From: a virus
Taxonomy: Duplodnaviria > Caudoviricetes
Length of the DNA stretch: 64,000 nt
IMG/VR virus record: IMGVR_UViG_3300021431_000096
Location: 29,360-93,359 of that record
Strand: one strand, 5' to 3'
A program made the position numbers and the translations under genes. The notes beneath the pieces are model-generated. The model had not been told where the DNA came from. It saw nothing but the letters and a program-made list of their open reading frames with translations, and did no database searches. Each line of letters starts with the position of its first letter. Position 1 is the stretch's first letter. Shown one piece after another: positions 27,367 to 37,329 of the stretch.

Positions 27367-27852
27367 TTAAAAAGACTCGTCGTTCAAGTCCAGCGGATAG
27401 CGGTCGTCGTCGAAGTCATCGTCGTCATCCTTGACACCCTTCTGGCGATTGCGGCTGCGCTGCACCCAGTCGAGCGTGCAACCTACGTCATAGAACGCCC
27501 GCTTGGTCTTCTTCGACGGTTCCCAGGAGAGGAAGCCGCTCGTGCCGTGCAGGTTCATGTCCTCCTCGCGCTTCACCCAGCCCGCGTCCTTGATCTTCGG
27601 GTGCAGGTAGCCCAGCACGCCCATGTCGATGCTGAAGCCCATCTGTATGCGGTCGATTATTTCACGCGCCAGCTGGTCGAATATCAGTGCCGCCATGCGC
27701 GGCTCCACCAGCAGCCGCCTGCCGATTTTCTCGGCCACTTCCTCCACGCTCTCCGTACCCGACGACTGCACGCGGAACGTCCATCCCAACTCCTTTGTCT
27801 GCGGATGGATTATCTTCACCTTGTGAACTGGTATGTAATTCCTTCTTGCCAT
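27367..27852 (-). CDS. HU/IHF-related DNA-binding protein
   Basis: VEEVAEKI...GFSIDMGVLGYLHPKI; acidic tail. Confidence 0.65.
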   Translation of the reverse strand: MARRNYIPVHKVKIIHPQTKELGWTFRVQSSGTESVEEVAEKIGRRLLVEPRMAALIFDQLAREIIDRIQMGFSIDMGVLGYLHPKIKDAGWVKREEDMNLHGTSGFLSWEPSKKTKRAFYDVGCTLDWVQRSRNRQKGVKDDDDDFDDDRYPLDLNDESF

Positions 27853-28105
27853 ATACCTTTTCTTGTTGTTTCCTATACCTCTTGCGGTTGGTCCCAGTAT
27901 CGTTCCTGTTGCGTTCCCGTACCTGCCATTGAGGTTTCCTATACCGTTTGTGTCACATTCCCTATACCTTTTGTGTCTCACCCCTATAAGGTTCTCTGAT
28001 ACAGCTAAGGATTTTGCTGTCGGAACATTGCCCGTCAAGCATCGAACCCTTGCGCGTCAAACGTCCGTCACTCGCACGTCAAGCTCCGAGACCTTGCGCG
28101 TCAAA
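27850..28105. repeat. Two arrays of 22-bp-period imperfect repeats upstream of the HU-like gene
   Basis: TACC-type cores at 27854, 27876, 27898, 27920, 27942, 27965, 27987; CGTCAA at 28033, 28055, 28077, 28099. Confidence 0.75.
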
Positions 28106-28182
28106 TTCAAGGGATAAATAGTGTCAGGCATCTTTTCTTTCGTCTTTCTATCTACTATCTTCATCGTTCAGTCCTCCTTGAT

Positions 28183-28737
28183 CTAAACAATATCTTTCTT
28201 CTCTGCATCCCACTCGAAGCCCATAGCCTTCAGTTTAGCAAACAACTGTTCGCACTCGTCTTTGTAAGCCTTGCGGTAGGTTCTGCTTCCAAAACTGCCG
28301 ACACCTATGCTCGGCCCAATGGAGGTGTGTCCGTCCTCGATGTTCGTGCAAGCATGGTAGATAATGGCTGTGTTCGTGCCTCCGAACTTACCCTCCGTGT
28401 CGATACCTTTATAGATAAATATGCACTCGCCCGCCATCAGGATGTCGCCGTCCTGAGCCGTGCCGTCGGCAGCATTCACACGCTCAATGACTGGTTCGTG
28501 AGTGTTGCCGTTGTACTTGCGCCCGTCACCGCACACGATGTTGTCGTCATCGTCATAATGCCAGCAGTCGGGGCAGTATTGCCGTCCGTCAATATCAAGC
28601 CAACCGCTCGATGTAGCCTCCGACAGCATATTGCCGCCGTCGGGATCATCCGTGTAATATGTAAATCCGTCGTCGTTGACGAAATGCTCACCGCAGCTAT
28701 CGCATACGATGATAATGGTTTCTACTTTCTTCTTCAT
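28183..28737 (-). CDS. Zn-finger-containing hypothetical (CDSC...CPDC)
   Basis: Start MKKKV after an AAAGGAAT leader. Confidence 0.6.
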   Translation of the reverse strand: MKKKVETIIIVCDSCGEHFVNDDGFTYYTDDPDGGNMLSEATSSGWLDIDGRQYCPDCWHYDDDDNIVCGDGRKYNGNTHEPVIERVNAADGTAQDGDILMAGECIFIYKGIDTEGKFGGTNTAIIYHACTNIEDGHTSIGPSIGVGSFGSRTYRKAYKDECEQLFAKLKAMGFEWDAEKKDIV

Positions 28738-28754
28738 AATCCCAATTCCTTTTA

Positions 28755-29417
28755 TTACATTGCAAACGAGATAAAGTGGCTTGCGCCGTAGATGGCTCCG
28801 ATGGCGATGATGATCATCTTCAGCCAATAAAACACCCATGCACCGAAACCTACCCAGTCGGGATAGTCGCTGAGCACGATGCCCGTGCGCTTGATGCGGC
28901 ACTTGACAAGCCAGATAGTCACCGACTGCCATACATACTGCATGGTTGACAGCAACAGATAGAGCAATGCCGCACCGCCCAGCACATAGAACTCCGCATA
29001 CTTCGAGCCGCCAATGAGCTGACCAGCCAGCAGGACTATCATCGCCCATGCCAGCTGCTCGGCACGGTCGCCCGACGTCTTGCTGCGGTTCTGATACTCG
29101 TCGTAGGCAGCCTGCTCGGTAAGTGGCTGGTCGGCATCGTCCTCGCGCTCAAAGACAGGCTGACGTACTTCCTCCGTCGCTGGGTCAACCAGTTCGAGGT
29201 CATCCTCTAAGATCTCCCACAACTCTGTTCCGAACTTCACGTCATATACCATGCGATAGGTGTCAACATCCATCACATAGCCTGTGCGCCCTGCCAACTC
29301 TTTCGTCTGCTTGGCCCACACATGGTCGCCCTTCTTAAACTTTGGCTCTACTGCGCCCCCCGATAAAGATGCAGGTACCGCATCAGGACGCTGGTTCTTT
29401 TTGTTTTGTTCTGTCAT
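28755..29417 (-). CDS. KOW/SH3-like N-terminus fused to a membrane domain
   Basis: PKFKKGDHV...DLELV followed by three TM segments. Confidence 0.55.
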   Translation of the reverse strand: MTEQNKKNQRPDAVPASLSGGAVEPKFKKGDHVWAKQTKELAGRTGYVMDVDTYRMVYDVKFGTELWEILEDDLELVDPATEEVRQPVFEREDDADQPLTEQAAYDEYQNRSKTSGDRAEQLAWAMIVLLAGQLIGGSKYAEFYVLGGAALLYLLLSTMQYVWQSVTIWLVKCRIKRTGIVLSDYPDWVGFGAWVFYWLKMIIIAIGAIYGASHFISFAM

Positions 29418-29489
29418 AATCGTATTCCTTTTAATAATTCGTGTCAATTAGTGATAATTCGTGTTCAAAAGAAAGTGAAGAGTGAAGAA

Positions 29490-29936
29490 TTAGAGGTCTT
29501 TCACCTTATCATAGCAGATGCCGATGTCTATCTGGCAGCATCGGAGTATGTGCTGGAACAGATGCAAGTAGTCGGCAAAACCCTCGAAGTATTGGAAATT
29601 GTCGGTCTGCTTGCTGTGCCCGTGACGCACGCACACCCACCAGTGGTCGAGTTGCGTGTGGTCAACGCAGATGTCAATGCGCTTCTCGCTGTCCTCGTAT
29701 ATCCACTCGTTAGGTGCGACGCTCGAAGTAAATCCGAGAGCCATCAGCAACTTCTCCGACATCCGCATGGGGGCAATGCCTCGCATGGTGTGCGATTCAA
29801 GTCCGTTGCCCTTGCCTTGATAGATGGTGATGTCCTGCTGCCCGAATGAATACTCGATGCCGCTTGTGCTGACTATCTCAACGGGCTTTCCCTTGCGTAG
29901 AACGATGTCGCCTACCATTAGTTCGTCTGATTTCAT
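29490..29936 (-). CDS. Hypothetical, paralog of 30694..31155
   Basis: ELMVGD...P....LL..LGF...HLFQH. Confidence 0.6.
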   Translation of the reverse strand: MKSDELMVGDIVLRKGKPVEIVSTSGIEYSFGQQDITIYQGKGNGLESHTMRGIAPMRMSEKLLMALGFTSSVAPNEWIYEDSEKRIDICVDHTQLDHWWVCVRHGHSKQTDNFQYFEGFADYLHLFQHILRCCQIDIGICYDKVKDL

Positions 29937-29939
29937 ACG

Positions 29940-30416
29940 TCAGTCCTCCTTAATCTCTTTCCTGAAAGCGCTGACAATCGTATTGATGTTGGCTTTCGAT
30001 GTTTCGTACTGTGCCATCACCCTTTCGAGGGCGGCGATACACTCGCGCTTGGTGTCACGAATGGCATCCTTGCGGTAGTAGTCGAGCGCACCGCAGGGCA
30101 TTTCCTCCGTGATGTCGCGCTTCTTCACCAGCCCGTTCTGGAACTCCAGCCCGTTGTCGTGCAGCGCCTTGATGTAGCCGTTCATAAACGACAGGCTGAC
30201 CTCGCAGAACTCGTCGCCTACATAATTGCCTATGATGTCTCGCCAGCCGTGCATCATGCAGACGTACTTGGCATAGACGTCGGTCACTTCCCTCAGTGCC
30301 ATCTTCTCGTCGATGCAGGTCATGCGGTCTTGCAACTCCCTTTCCAACTTGACCACGGCCTTCTCCCGCTTCCGCAGAGCCATCCACTGCCTGATGTAAT
30401 TGATCATTCGTTTCAT
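29940..30416 (-). CDS. Hypothetical early protein
   Basis: Bounded by junction motifs. Confidence 0.55.
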   Translation of the reverse strand: MKRMINYIRQWMALRKREKAVVKLERELQDRMTCIDEKMALREVTDVYAKYVCMMHGWRDIIGNYVGDEFCEVSLSFMNGYIKALHDNGLEFQNGLVKKRDITEEMPCGALDYYRKDAIRDTKRECIAALERVMAQYETSKANINTIVSAFRKEIKED

Positions 30417-30448
30417 CGTATTCCTTTTAAGTTATTTATTCCTGCGTT

Positions 30449-30643
30449 TTAATGGCATCGCTGCACGGCGGCACTCGACTGAATACGATACTCCTCCTCG
30501 CTCTTGTAGAAGTTGCCGTCGGCACCACGATAACCATACTCTCCCGTGACATTGTTCAGCGTGTAGCCCTCCAGGAAGGCTCCGCAACGGCTGCAAGTTC
30601 TCTTTGCATCGCCGTTCTCTTCTCCGCATTGTTTACATTTCAT
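30449..30643 (-). CDS. Small zinc-ribbon protein
   Basis: MKCKQCG...CSRCG. Confidence 0.6.
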   Translation of the reverse strand: MKCKQCGEENGDAKRTCSRCGAFLEGYTLNNVTGEYGYRGADGNFYKSEEEYRIQSSAAVQRCH

Positions 30644-30693
30644 TGTCGTATTCCTTTTAATTATATTTTGGCTGAAAGAAAAAGAGGAGTCAT

Positions 30694-31155
30694 TTACGGT
30701 TCATCTTTTCTTATGTCATCAATATCAATATACTTGTGAATCCCTGCCATCCTCATGGCATTCTGTAGTTCGTGAACAAAACGTATCTTAATCAGACCGC
30801 CAACCATCCACAATCCTATTCCGCTTTCGTTTGGCCATTCAATCATTTCAAGTTGGAATGGACTCTCGCGGTCTAACGCTGCGAAGTTCTTGTGGTAATA
30901 CTCGAAGCCAATCCTTTTCAATATGGCATCCGTCAGCGGAATGGGCGCAACGACCATCTGATAATCATCGTTGCATATCTGTAAGAACACCCTGCGGATA
31001 GTCTCATAGTCCACTTTGTGATAGTGGTTGAATCTGCCTTCACCTACGCAGATTGCAACAACCAAGTCGCCAATCATCAAGTCCTCGGCATCGACCCTGA
31101 AACCACAATCAAGCCAGTGGTTTTCCATGTTTGCTTCGTTGTATGGTTTACTCAT
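30694..31155 (-). CDS. Hypothetical, paralog of 29490..29936
   Basis: DLMIGD...PIPLT..IL..IGF...VHELQN. Confidence 0.6.
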   Translation of the reverse strand: MSKPYNEANMENHWLDCGFRVDAEDLMIGDLVVAICVGEGRFNHYHKVDYETIRRVFLQICNDDYQMVVAPIPLTDAILKRIGFEYYHKNFAALDRESPFQLEMIEWPNESGIGLWMVGGLIKIRFVHELQNAMRMAGIHKYIDIDDIRKDEP

Positions 31156-31157
31156 CG

Positions 31158-31775
31158 TCAGTCCTCCGTAAATTTATCCTTGTTCCTATGATACACTACC
31201 AGCCAGCCGATGTTGTCGATGGCGCAGCACAGGCCCCAGATGAACATAGCCACTTTTAGCGAGGGCATGAACAGCAGAGCGCAGACGTAGCCGGCGATGC
31301 AGTAGATGCCGCACACAACGTCGTTGTTGTTGTCATAGACCTCGCGTTCGTGCTCGTTCCACAGCTTCGGGCGAAATGTCATCAGACACTTGCCGATGAA
31401 CTCCGACACCAGTGTGCCGTAGAGCAAGCAGGCGATGGCGAGTACCCACACGTTGTACTCCACGAAACAGAGCCACATGCCGACGCAGAAGCCCGCTGCC
31501 GACTCGATGATGCAGAGCGCCGTGAACCATTGGATAGCCTTGCGGCGCACCCAGCCTTTCCATATCATGCCGATAAACAGTCCGACCACGGAATAGACGA
31601 GCGACTGGAACGCGAGCCATTCGGCAGGCAGCTCCGTCACCCACGCCTTCGAGATAGCTGGTCCGACGTAGGCATCCAGCAGCCCGACGATGAACAGCGT
31701 AGATAGCGTCCACCGCTGGTTCTCGTCGGGGTGGATGTTCAGAAGATCGAGTAATCGCTTGAATAGTTTCTGCAT
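31158..31775 (-). CDS. Six-TM membrane protein (half-MFS-like)
   Basis: Six hydrophobic segments in 205 aa. Confidence 0.6.
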   Translation of the reverse strand: MQKLFKRLLDLLNIHPDENQRWTLSTLFIVGLLDAYVGPAISKAWVTELPAEWLAFQSLVYSVVGLFIGMIWKGWVRRKAIQWFTALCIIESAAGFCVGMWLCFVEYNVWVLAIACLLYGTLVSEFIGKCLMTFRPKLWNEHEREVYDNNNDVVCGIYCIAGYVCALLFMPSLKVAMFIWGLCCAIDNIGWLVVYHRNKDKFTED

Positions 31776-31779
31776 CGTG

Positions 31780-32136
31780 TCAGTCCTCCTTGATGTTCAG
31801 TTGCATCTTCAGCCACGCCATAAAGTCCGTCACGCTGCTTTCGACGCTGATAAGCCCGCCCTTGCAAGGCTTGTCGGCACGGCTGGCAAAGTCAATCAGG
31901 TTGTTGGCCTGTTCGTACTCCTCACGCATCTTCTTGATGATACGCTGCTCGATGTCAGCGTTCCACCGTGGCTGCTGCACGAAGTTGCGGTTCTTGATTT
32001 TCCTCTCGTGGTTGGCACCGCCGATAAAGCCTGACGTGAACGCCCGCTTTTCTGCCTCAGTGTACTCCTTGTGGCTCTCGTCCATATCGGCACGAGCCGC
32101 CTTTGTCAATTCTGACAGTCTGCTAAAATCTACCAT
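31780..32136 (-). CDS. Hypothetical early protein
   Basis: Bounded by junction motifs. Confidence 0.55.
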   Translation of the reverse strand: MVDFSRLSELTKAARADMDESHKEYTEAEKRAFTSGFIGGANHERKIKNRNFVQQPRWNADIEQRIIKKMREEYEQANNLIDFASRADKPCKGGLISVESSVTDFMAWLKMQLNIKED

Positions 32137-32151
32137 ATCGCCTTATTCCTT

Positions 32152-32505
32152 TTAATAATTCGTTTTGAATCTATCCCAGTCCGACGGACACAGACCGCCC
32201 AGCATCTGATTGCGCCATTCTTCGTATGTCGGCATGGTTGAATCTCTCTTCCACTCCATCGCCTCGCGCTTGACGAGCACCACCTGCCCTGGCTTGTAGA
32301 GCTTGGCTATCGGCAGTTCGTCGATGTGGACGTACTTCACAATCTTCCACCCGCCTCGCTGGGCTATCTGCTCGATGGTGTCGCGGCTGTCGGTAGAACG
32401 GCAGTAGCACACTATTTCCGTTCCCGCAGGCCAGTCGGGTAGTTGGAACGCCCTCTTTACGTCTTCCTCGCTGAAGAAGCGTGAAATTTCGTCGGTGGTC
32501 ATCAT
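32152..32505 (-). CDS. Hypothetical early protein
   Basis: ORF in array. Confidence 0.5.
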   Translation of the reverse strand: MMTTDEISRFFSEEDVKRAFQLPDWPAGTEIVCYCRSTDSRDTIEQIAQRGGWKIVKYVHIDELPIAKLYKPGQVVLVKREAMEWKRDSTMPTYEEWRNQMLGGLCPSDWDRFKTNY

Positions 32506-32508
32506 GAG

Positions 32509-32898
32509 TCAGTTCTCCTGCTTTTTGACTTTAGGAATTGTCTTGTTCATATCCTCTGCATAGCACCAGCGGTCGATGCAGTGCCACATGCGGCAGCTCT
32601 GCCCGTTGCTTATCCACGGCTCACTATCGTTGATGAACGTGCCAGTCATATACTCATACTGACCGTCGCCGAGGTCTTCGGCGGCAATGATGTATGAGTC
32701 TGGTTCTGGTTTCTCCAGTCGGTTGCGCCACTTGAACTTCTGCCACTTCTTGCGCTCATGTTGCAGTCCTCGCTTGAAAGCCTCGATGAAGATTTTCTTT
32801 TCGAGGTCTATCACCGCACAATTCTGTTCTTCCTCCCACTCGCGGCAAGCCTTGCCTGCAGCGTAGCCGTCATCTGTATTTTGCTTGAAGTCTATCAT
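32509..32898 (-). CDS. Hypothetical early protein (DUF551-like W...P...W pattern)
   Basis: KWRNRLEKP...RWCY. Confidence 0.5.
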   Translation of the reverse strand: MIDFKQNTDDGYAAGKACREWEEEQNCAVIDLEKKIFIEAFKRGLQHERKKWQKFKWRNRLEKPEPDSYIIAAEDLGDGQYEYMTGTFINDSEPWISNGQSCRMWHCIDRWCYAEDMNKTIPKVKKQEN

Positions 32899-32944
32899 AT
32901 TCCCAATTCCTTTTTAATCCATTCAATATGTGCCATATTCCTTT

Positions 32945-33208
32945 TTATTTACTCTTTGCTATTTCTGCCTCGCCGCCATAGACCACCTTCATCTTAGGCT
33001 TGCGGCGCGGCTTGTCAACGAACTTGTAGTGTACCCAGTATTCCCTGTCCTCATACCACTCCTGGTCGATCGGCACAAGGTGGAACATCTCGCCATCAAA
33101 GTCCACACCGATGAGCATACACTCCACGTCGCAGTCGGGGTGTTTCGTGTGCCACAACATCACCTCAGAGTGACGGTAGTGGTAGTTGGCGAACTGGTTC
33201 TGGGTCAT
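32945..33208 (-). CDS. Hypothetical early protein
   Basis: ORF in array. Confidence 0.5.
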   Translation of the reverse strand: MTQNQFANYHYRHSEVMLWHTKHPDCDVECMLIGVDFDGEMFHLVPIDQEWYEDREYWVHYKFVDKPRRKPKMKVVYGGEAEIAKSK

Positions 33209-33405
33209 ATCATCTTGTATTTCTCCATTACCTGTTTCATTTTCCGAACCATGTGGTAATAGCCCTCGTTGATCAGGTAGGTGTTAGGCTTACTGCGTAA
33301 CGTACTCATAACAAGTTGCCACTGCTCGTCTATTTCCTCTGCCACATCCAGTGCTTTCGCCTGCCAGAAACGGCTTTCCGTCGATTGGTCAAATTCCTTT
33401 GGCAT
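33205..33405 (-). CDS. Hypothetical early protein
   Basis: AAAAGGAATACG leader. Confidence 0.5.
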   Translation of the reverse strand: MPKEFDQSTESRFWQAKALDVAEEIDEQWQLVMSTLRSKPNTYLINEGYYHMVRKMKQVMEKYKMI

Positions 33406-33551
33406 TATCGTATTCCTTTTAATTATTTCCGATTGTTAATGATGTGTTAAAAACCGTTCAAAGCTTTCGCACACCCCCTTTGAAAGCTTTCAGCCTTTCT
33501 CTCGATGCGTTTCAGCCTTGCTCGGTCTCTTTCCATTTCGCTTTCATCTGG

Positions 33552-34133
33552 TCAGTCCTCCTGCTTGTTTTCTTCCTTGTCGGGCCACCACGCCCACGCT
33601 GCACTCTCGGCGCGGCTGATCATCCAAGGTTCGATACCTTTGATAATCTCGTCGTAGTATGCCCACGCCACGGGCAACTGCTTACGCCCCTCGCTGTCGT
33701 GAAATTCGCACTCGGCTGGCAGCACATTGGGAGAGAGGAACCGCACGGATTCAAACACGTACTGACCTTCTTTCAAGTCTTTTCTCGTAAGCGCCATCAG
33801 CACCCGTCGCTTTCCGGGGCTCTCCGTGGCAGGCTGCCATGTGAATGAGGTCGGCTTCATGTCTGGGTATTTGTTTTCGACCATCGTAAAAGGTCTCTCC
33901 AGTCCGTGCTTCTTATCCCACGCTCTCAGTCGTGGGCATGACACGTCTGGTGTGCAGCCCAACAATACGCCACCGCCAACGTGACACTCGTAGCCTTTAT
34001 TGCAGAGCGTGCCCAACTTGTTGTGCTTGCACTTCTCGCGGAACTTGATGCGCTCCTTGGGCTCCAATATCCATCTGTGCCCGTGCTGGTTTTTCTTCAG
34101 AACCTTGAACTCTATTTGTTTCTTTTCTGCCAT
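33552..34133 (-). CDS. Hypothetical with Cys-rich N-terminal half
   Basis: Ends KQED* in the junction motif. Confidence 0.55.
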   Translation of the reverse strand: MAEKKQIEFKVLKKNQHGHRWILEPKERIKFREKCKHNKLGTLCNKGYECHVGGGVLLGCTPDVSCPRLRAWDKKHGLERPFTMVENKYPDMKPTSFTWQPATESPGKRRVLMALTRKDLKEGQYVFESVRFLSPNVLPAECEFHDSEGRKQLPVAWAYYDEIIKGIEPWMISRAESAAWAWWPDKEENKQED

Positions 34134-34330
34134 AATTCCTTTATTTTATTTATTCCTGCGTCGCGACTGCTTCTGCTGGCGGCGCTTGGCTTTCTTTACT
34201 TTCCTCGTTTTCGGTCCTATGCCATGACGGTAGTCGTGGTGGGGCATGATGGCATTTGCGCCAAGCATCATCATGGCCATAGCCTCCATTGTCTGCTCTC
34301 TGAGTGGTTTGTGCATACGTCAGTCCTCCT

Positions 34331-35125
34331 TCATAATGATTTCACAAACTCGTTGATGTGGTTGATCTCGTCCTCGGCGAGCTTGCAGACGAGGGCATTG
34401 AAGGTGTCCTCGCTGATAACCGCCTCTTTTACTTTGTCGCCTTCCGCGTATGGCAGTTTAACCGTGACCTTGATCTCGGCTGTCGTCGGATAACTACTCA
34501 GCAGGTCGAACACCTCCTGCAGCTTGCGGCGCTTCTTGGCCATGCGCTCCGCTGTCTCTAATTTCTCTGGGTCCATAATCTTTGCTCTTAATTCTAATAT
34601 TTCGATACTCTCTTCTATTTTCTTGCGCAGATAGTCCACCATGCCTTTGCCATAGTATCTATCGCGGAAATGCTTTGCAGACAAATCAGTGCTCATGCCG
34701 TAGAAGGTGAAGCGTCCGTGCACGACTGGCCTGTAGAACAGCATCAGGATCGTCCTGTCTGTCATCCTGCACGCCAGTCCTCTTGGCTTCTCCTCTATCG
34801 GCAGTCCTTTCAGCATCGCAAACTTCCGCAGCAGCTCGTGGAGCGTGGGTTTCTGTCTGACCATCGGGCGATGTTGCCTGTCGTATTCTCGTAGGAATCT
34901 CTTCAGTGCCTTTTTCACCTTGCGCACAGAGCGGTTGGCATTGGTGCGCCACAGCGAACAGATGGTTCCTTCACCCTTGATGCGCAGACCGATGGTCTTG
35001 GGGCAGTACGAGCAATCGGCTGCTTCCAATATCAGTCCGTGCTTCTCGACGAGCCTGTGGATTTCCGTCTTCGGCGCAGGGTTGCGAAACGACAGGTGTT
35101 CCAGTAGTTTGATGAGATTCGGCAT
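34331..35125 (-). CDS. Hypothetical early protein
   Basis: Starts after the junction motif. Confidence 0.55.
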   Translation of the reverse strand: MPNLIKLLEHLSFRNPAPKTEIHRLVEKHGLILEAADCSYCPKTIGLRIKGEGTICSLWRTNANRSVRKVKKALKRFLREYDRQHRPMVRQKPTLHELLRKFAMLKGLPIEEKPRGLACRMTDRTILMLFYRPVVHGRFTFYGMSTDLSAKHFRDRYYGKGMVDYLRKKIEESIEILELRAKIMDPEKLETAERMAKKRRKLQEVFDLLSSYPTTAEIKVTVKLPYAEGDKVKEAVISEDTFNALVCKLAEDEINHINEFVKSL

Positions 35126-35129
35126 ACGC

Positions 35130-35465
35130 TCAGTCCTCCTTCTTTACAACACATTTTAGGTAATATCCGAACTCGCCGGTCTCTGCCTTGCCTTTCAGCT
35201 CGGGATATATCTCCTCCATGATGATGTAGAAGAACACCTTCGGCAGCGGGCGGCGCAGGTAGGCGATGTACTCGTTGAAGAGGATGTGCTGCGGTGTGCA
35301 GGTGTCGCTCTTCTCGAAACATTCACGGATGGGCTTGTAGTCGCAGCCCTCGCATTCCTCCGGGTGCTCAACGAACTTGCTGAACAGCGCTACCGTCTGA
35401 GGTGTCAGCGGAATGCTCTGCATCATTTCTTCTTTTGTCGGTTGTGTACTCATAATCGTGTTCAC
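35130..35465 (-). CDS. Hypothetical (CxxC)
   Basis: Ends KKED*. Confidence 0.55.
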   Translation of the reverse strand: MNTIMSTQPTKEEMMQSIPLTPQTVALFSKFVEHPEECEGCDYKPIRECFEKSDTCTPQHILFNEYIAYLRRPLPKVFFYIIMEEIYPELKGKAETGEFGYYLKCVVKKED

Positions 35466-35785
35466 TTTAACAGTTCCTTAATTTTATCAGCCACCGATAC
35501 GGTGTGTTCTTGGTCGAGCAGGTCCTTTGCCGCAGCAGTCAGCCACAGGCTATGCACCTGAATCTTCTGCGTGTCGCTATACTCGCCGCCGTTGGCATCC
35601 ACCACGGCCTGTAGTGCATGGGTCAGCGCCACCAGCACCTTGTCGGTGGGTATGTCGGCCATCATCCGTCGCAGCAGCTGGCGGCACGGCTCGGCCCGCT
35701 CTTCGTAGTCGGGAAACAGCTTGCGCAGGCTCCTTTGAGCGTCGCGCAGCATCACCGCCATATCTAAAACATCGTAGTCCGCCAT
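35462..35785 (-). CDS. Hypothetical early protein
   Basis: Starts after the junction motif. Confidence 0.55.
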   Translation of the reverse strand: MADYDVLDMAVMLRDAQRSLRKLFPDYEERAEPCRQLLRRMMADIPTDKVLVALTHALQAVVDANGGEYSDTQKIQVHSLWLTAAAKDLLDQEHTVSVADKIKELLK

Positions 35786-35788
35786 CGC

Positions 35789-36529
35789 TCAGTCCTCCTC
35801 CAGATGATACTCGTGATAGTTCTTGACAGTGACCAGCGTATTGCATAGCAGCAGGCCAGCGACGTAGCGCATGAACTCGTCGCGCAGCACGTCGGGAGTG
35901 AACGGCATTTCGAGCGTGGCACCCTCGCCAAGCCGGATGCGCATCTGACGCTCACGGGGCGGGTAGTCGGCGCGGTACTGGCTGCAACCAGGCAGCGCGG
36001 TAATCATGTAGAGTGTGTTGCCGTGCTCGTCTTTGTCCGGGTCGCGGTTATCTATCAGGCTCAGTTCAAACTTCGTGTCGCCGTCGTAGATGAAATGCAG
36101 GTACAGGTGCTCGCAGAACGAGCTAGGGCTCCCCTTAATCTCCAATTCCATCAGTTCGGGGTCAAACTCGTCATAGAGTTCTTCCTTCATCGCGTCGCCG
36201 AAGTGCTCGTAGAGGTCTTGCGTCGTGACCACCGTCTTGCGCTCCTGCGAGAACATACGGTTGAGCATCGGCAGGAATGTGTTCGCCACCACCGTGTTCG
36301 CCATATCCGACACCTTGTCGTTCATCGCCTTGTTAATCGCCGCCGTCATCTGCGACAACTCGAAGAAGAGGTTCGTCTCCATCTTCTCCTTTAACTCTCG
36401 CTGTACTTCCTTCATAAACGGGCTGTCGTAGCCAGTGTAGAAGTCCCTGATGGCTTTCTCTGCGCCTTGCATGGCGTACTGCTGGGCCATCTCCTGCAGT
36501 TTCTGTTCGTCTAACTTAATCTGTTCCAT
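35789..36529 (-). CDS. Hypothetical early protein
   Basis: 246-aa ORF ending LEED*. Confidence 0.6.
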   Translation of the reverse strand: MEQIKLDEQKLQEMAQQYAMQGAEKAIRDFYTGYDSPFMKEVQRELKEKMETNLFFELSQMTAAINKAMNDKVSDMANTVVANTFLPMLNRMFSQERKTVVTTQDLYEHFGDAMKEELYDEFDPELMELEIKGSPSSFCEHLYLHFIYDGDTKFELSLIDNRDPDKDEHGNTLYMITALPGCSQYRADYPPRERQMRIRLGEGATLEMPFTPDVLRDEFMRYVAGLLLCNTLVTVKNYHEYHLEED

Positions 36530-36555
36530 ATTTCCTTAATTCTATTTGTGAATGT

Positions 36556-37326
36556 TTACTGTTTAAGTCTCAAATCCTCGCCCTCGAAATAGACGCGGAC
36601 GGTGTTGCCGAAGAGGCGCGAGAAGATGCGCTGGTCGTAGCGCTGCGGGAACGTCTGCCCGTAGGTGGGCGAGTCCGTGTCGTCGTCGATTCCGCCGAAG
36701 AGCTCGATGCGCCGCAGGTTGGTGGAGCAGATGAGCAGTTTGTCGCGGTCGTTGCAGAGGTCGACGAGTTCGCTGAAGTAGTTGTGCGTCTCGCCGTAGA
36801 CCTTCGCGATGGCCTCGGTGCCAACGTCGTCGATGCAGACGATTTTCGACCGTTCTATCTCCGTCCAGCGGCTCTTCATCTCCTTGGCGAGGAAATAGTT
36901 GTAGACGGGATGCCCCACGGTGCCGTCTCCGAAACTGACGCGGATGGTGCGCTCGAACAGCAGCGGCAGGATGTCGCGGGTGATGACCGTCTTGCCGCGC
37001 CCGCAGTCGCCGATGCACATCAGCCCTTTGCCCTGGTTGTCGGCCAGCCACGCCGCCACGTCGTCGTACTCCGGCAGCCACTGCACCGTCGGCCCGATGA
37101 CATACGCCAGTCCGCGCATCAGCAGGTCGGCAGCCATGTCGCGGGCGGTCTCTGCGTCGCTGTCGAGCTGCCAGCGTATCTTCCTGTCACCACGGAAGCC
37201 TCTCTTCCGCTGCGCCTTGATCACGTCAGCCAGCAGCGCCGTGCGGTCTTTCCTTTTCGCCGCCTTCGCCTCGTTCTCCGCCGCCGCCTCCCGCAGCATC
37301 CGTTCCTGTTCCTCCGTCAGGTCCAT
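36556..37326 (-). CDS. DnaC/IstB-like replication ATPase (helicase loader)
   Basis: GDCGRGKT, VCIDDVG, STNL, RIFSRL, FEGEDLR. Confidence 0.8.
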   Translation of the reverse strand: MDLTEEQERMLREAAAENEAKAAKRKDRTALLADVIKAQRKRGFRGDRKIRWQLDSDAETARDMAADLLMRGLAYVIGPTVQWLPEYDDVAAWLADNQGKGLMCIGDCGRGKTVITRDILPLLFERTIRVSFGDGTVGHPVYNYFLAKEMKSRWTEIERSKIVCIDDVGTEAIAKVYGETHNYFSELVDLCNDRDKLLICSTNLRRIELFGGIDDDTDSPTYGQTFPQRYDQRIFSRLFGNTVRVYFEGEDLRLKQ

Positions 37327-37329
37327 AGT

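Noticed and set aside
27891-27927. A 14th GTCCCA promoter
   Set aside because: No TAnnTTTG box at 18-20 nt spacing; it lies inside a tandem repeat
28168-28185. TAG-to-Gln recoding (code 15), suggested by an in-frame TAG just before IKED*
   Set aside because: Long genes (tape measure, terL, capsid, RT) are uninterrupted in code 11 and many genes end cleanly in TAG; a single point mutation explains this case
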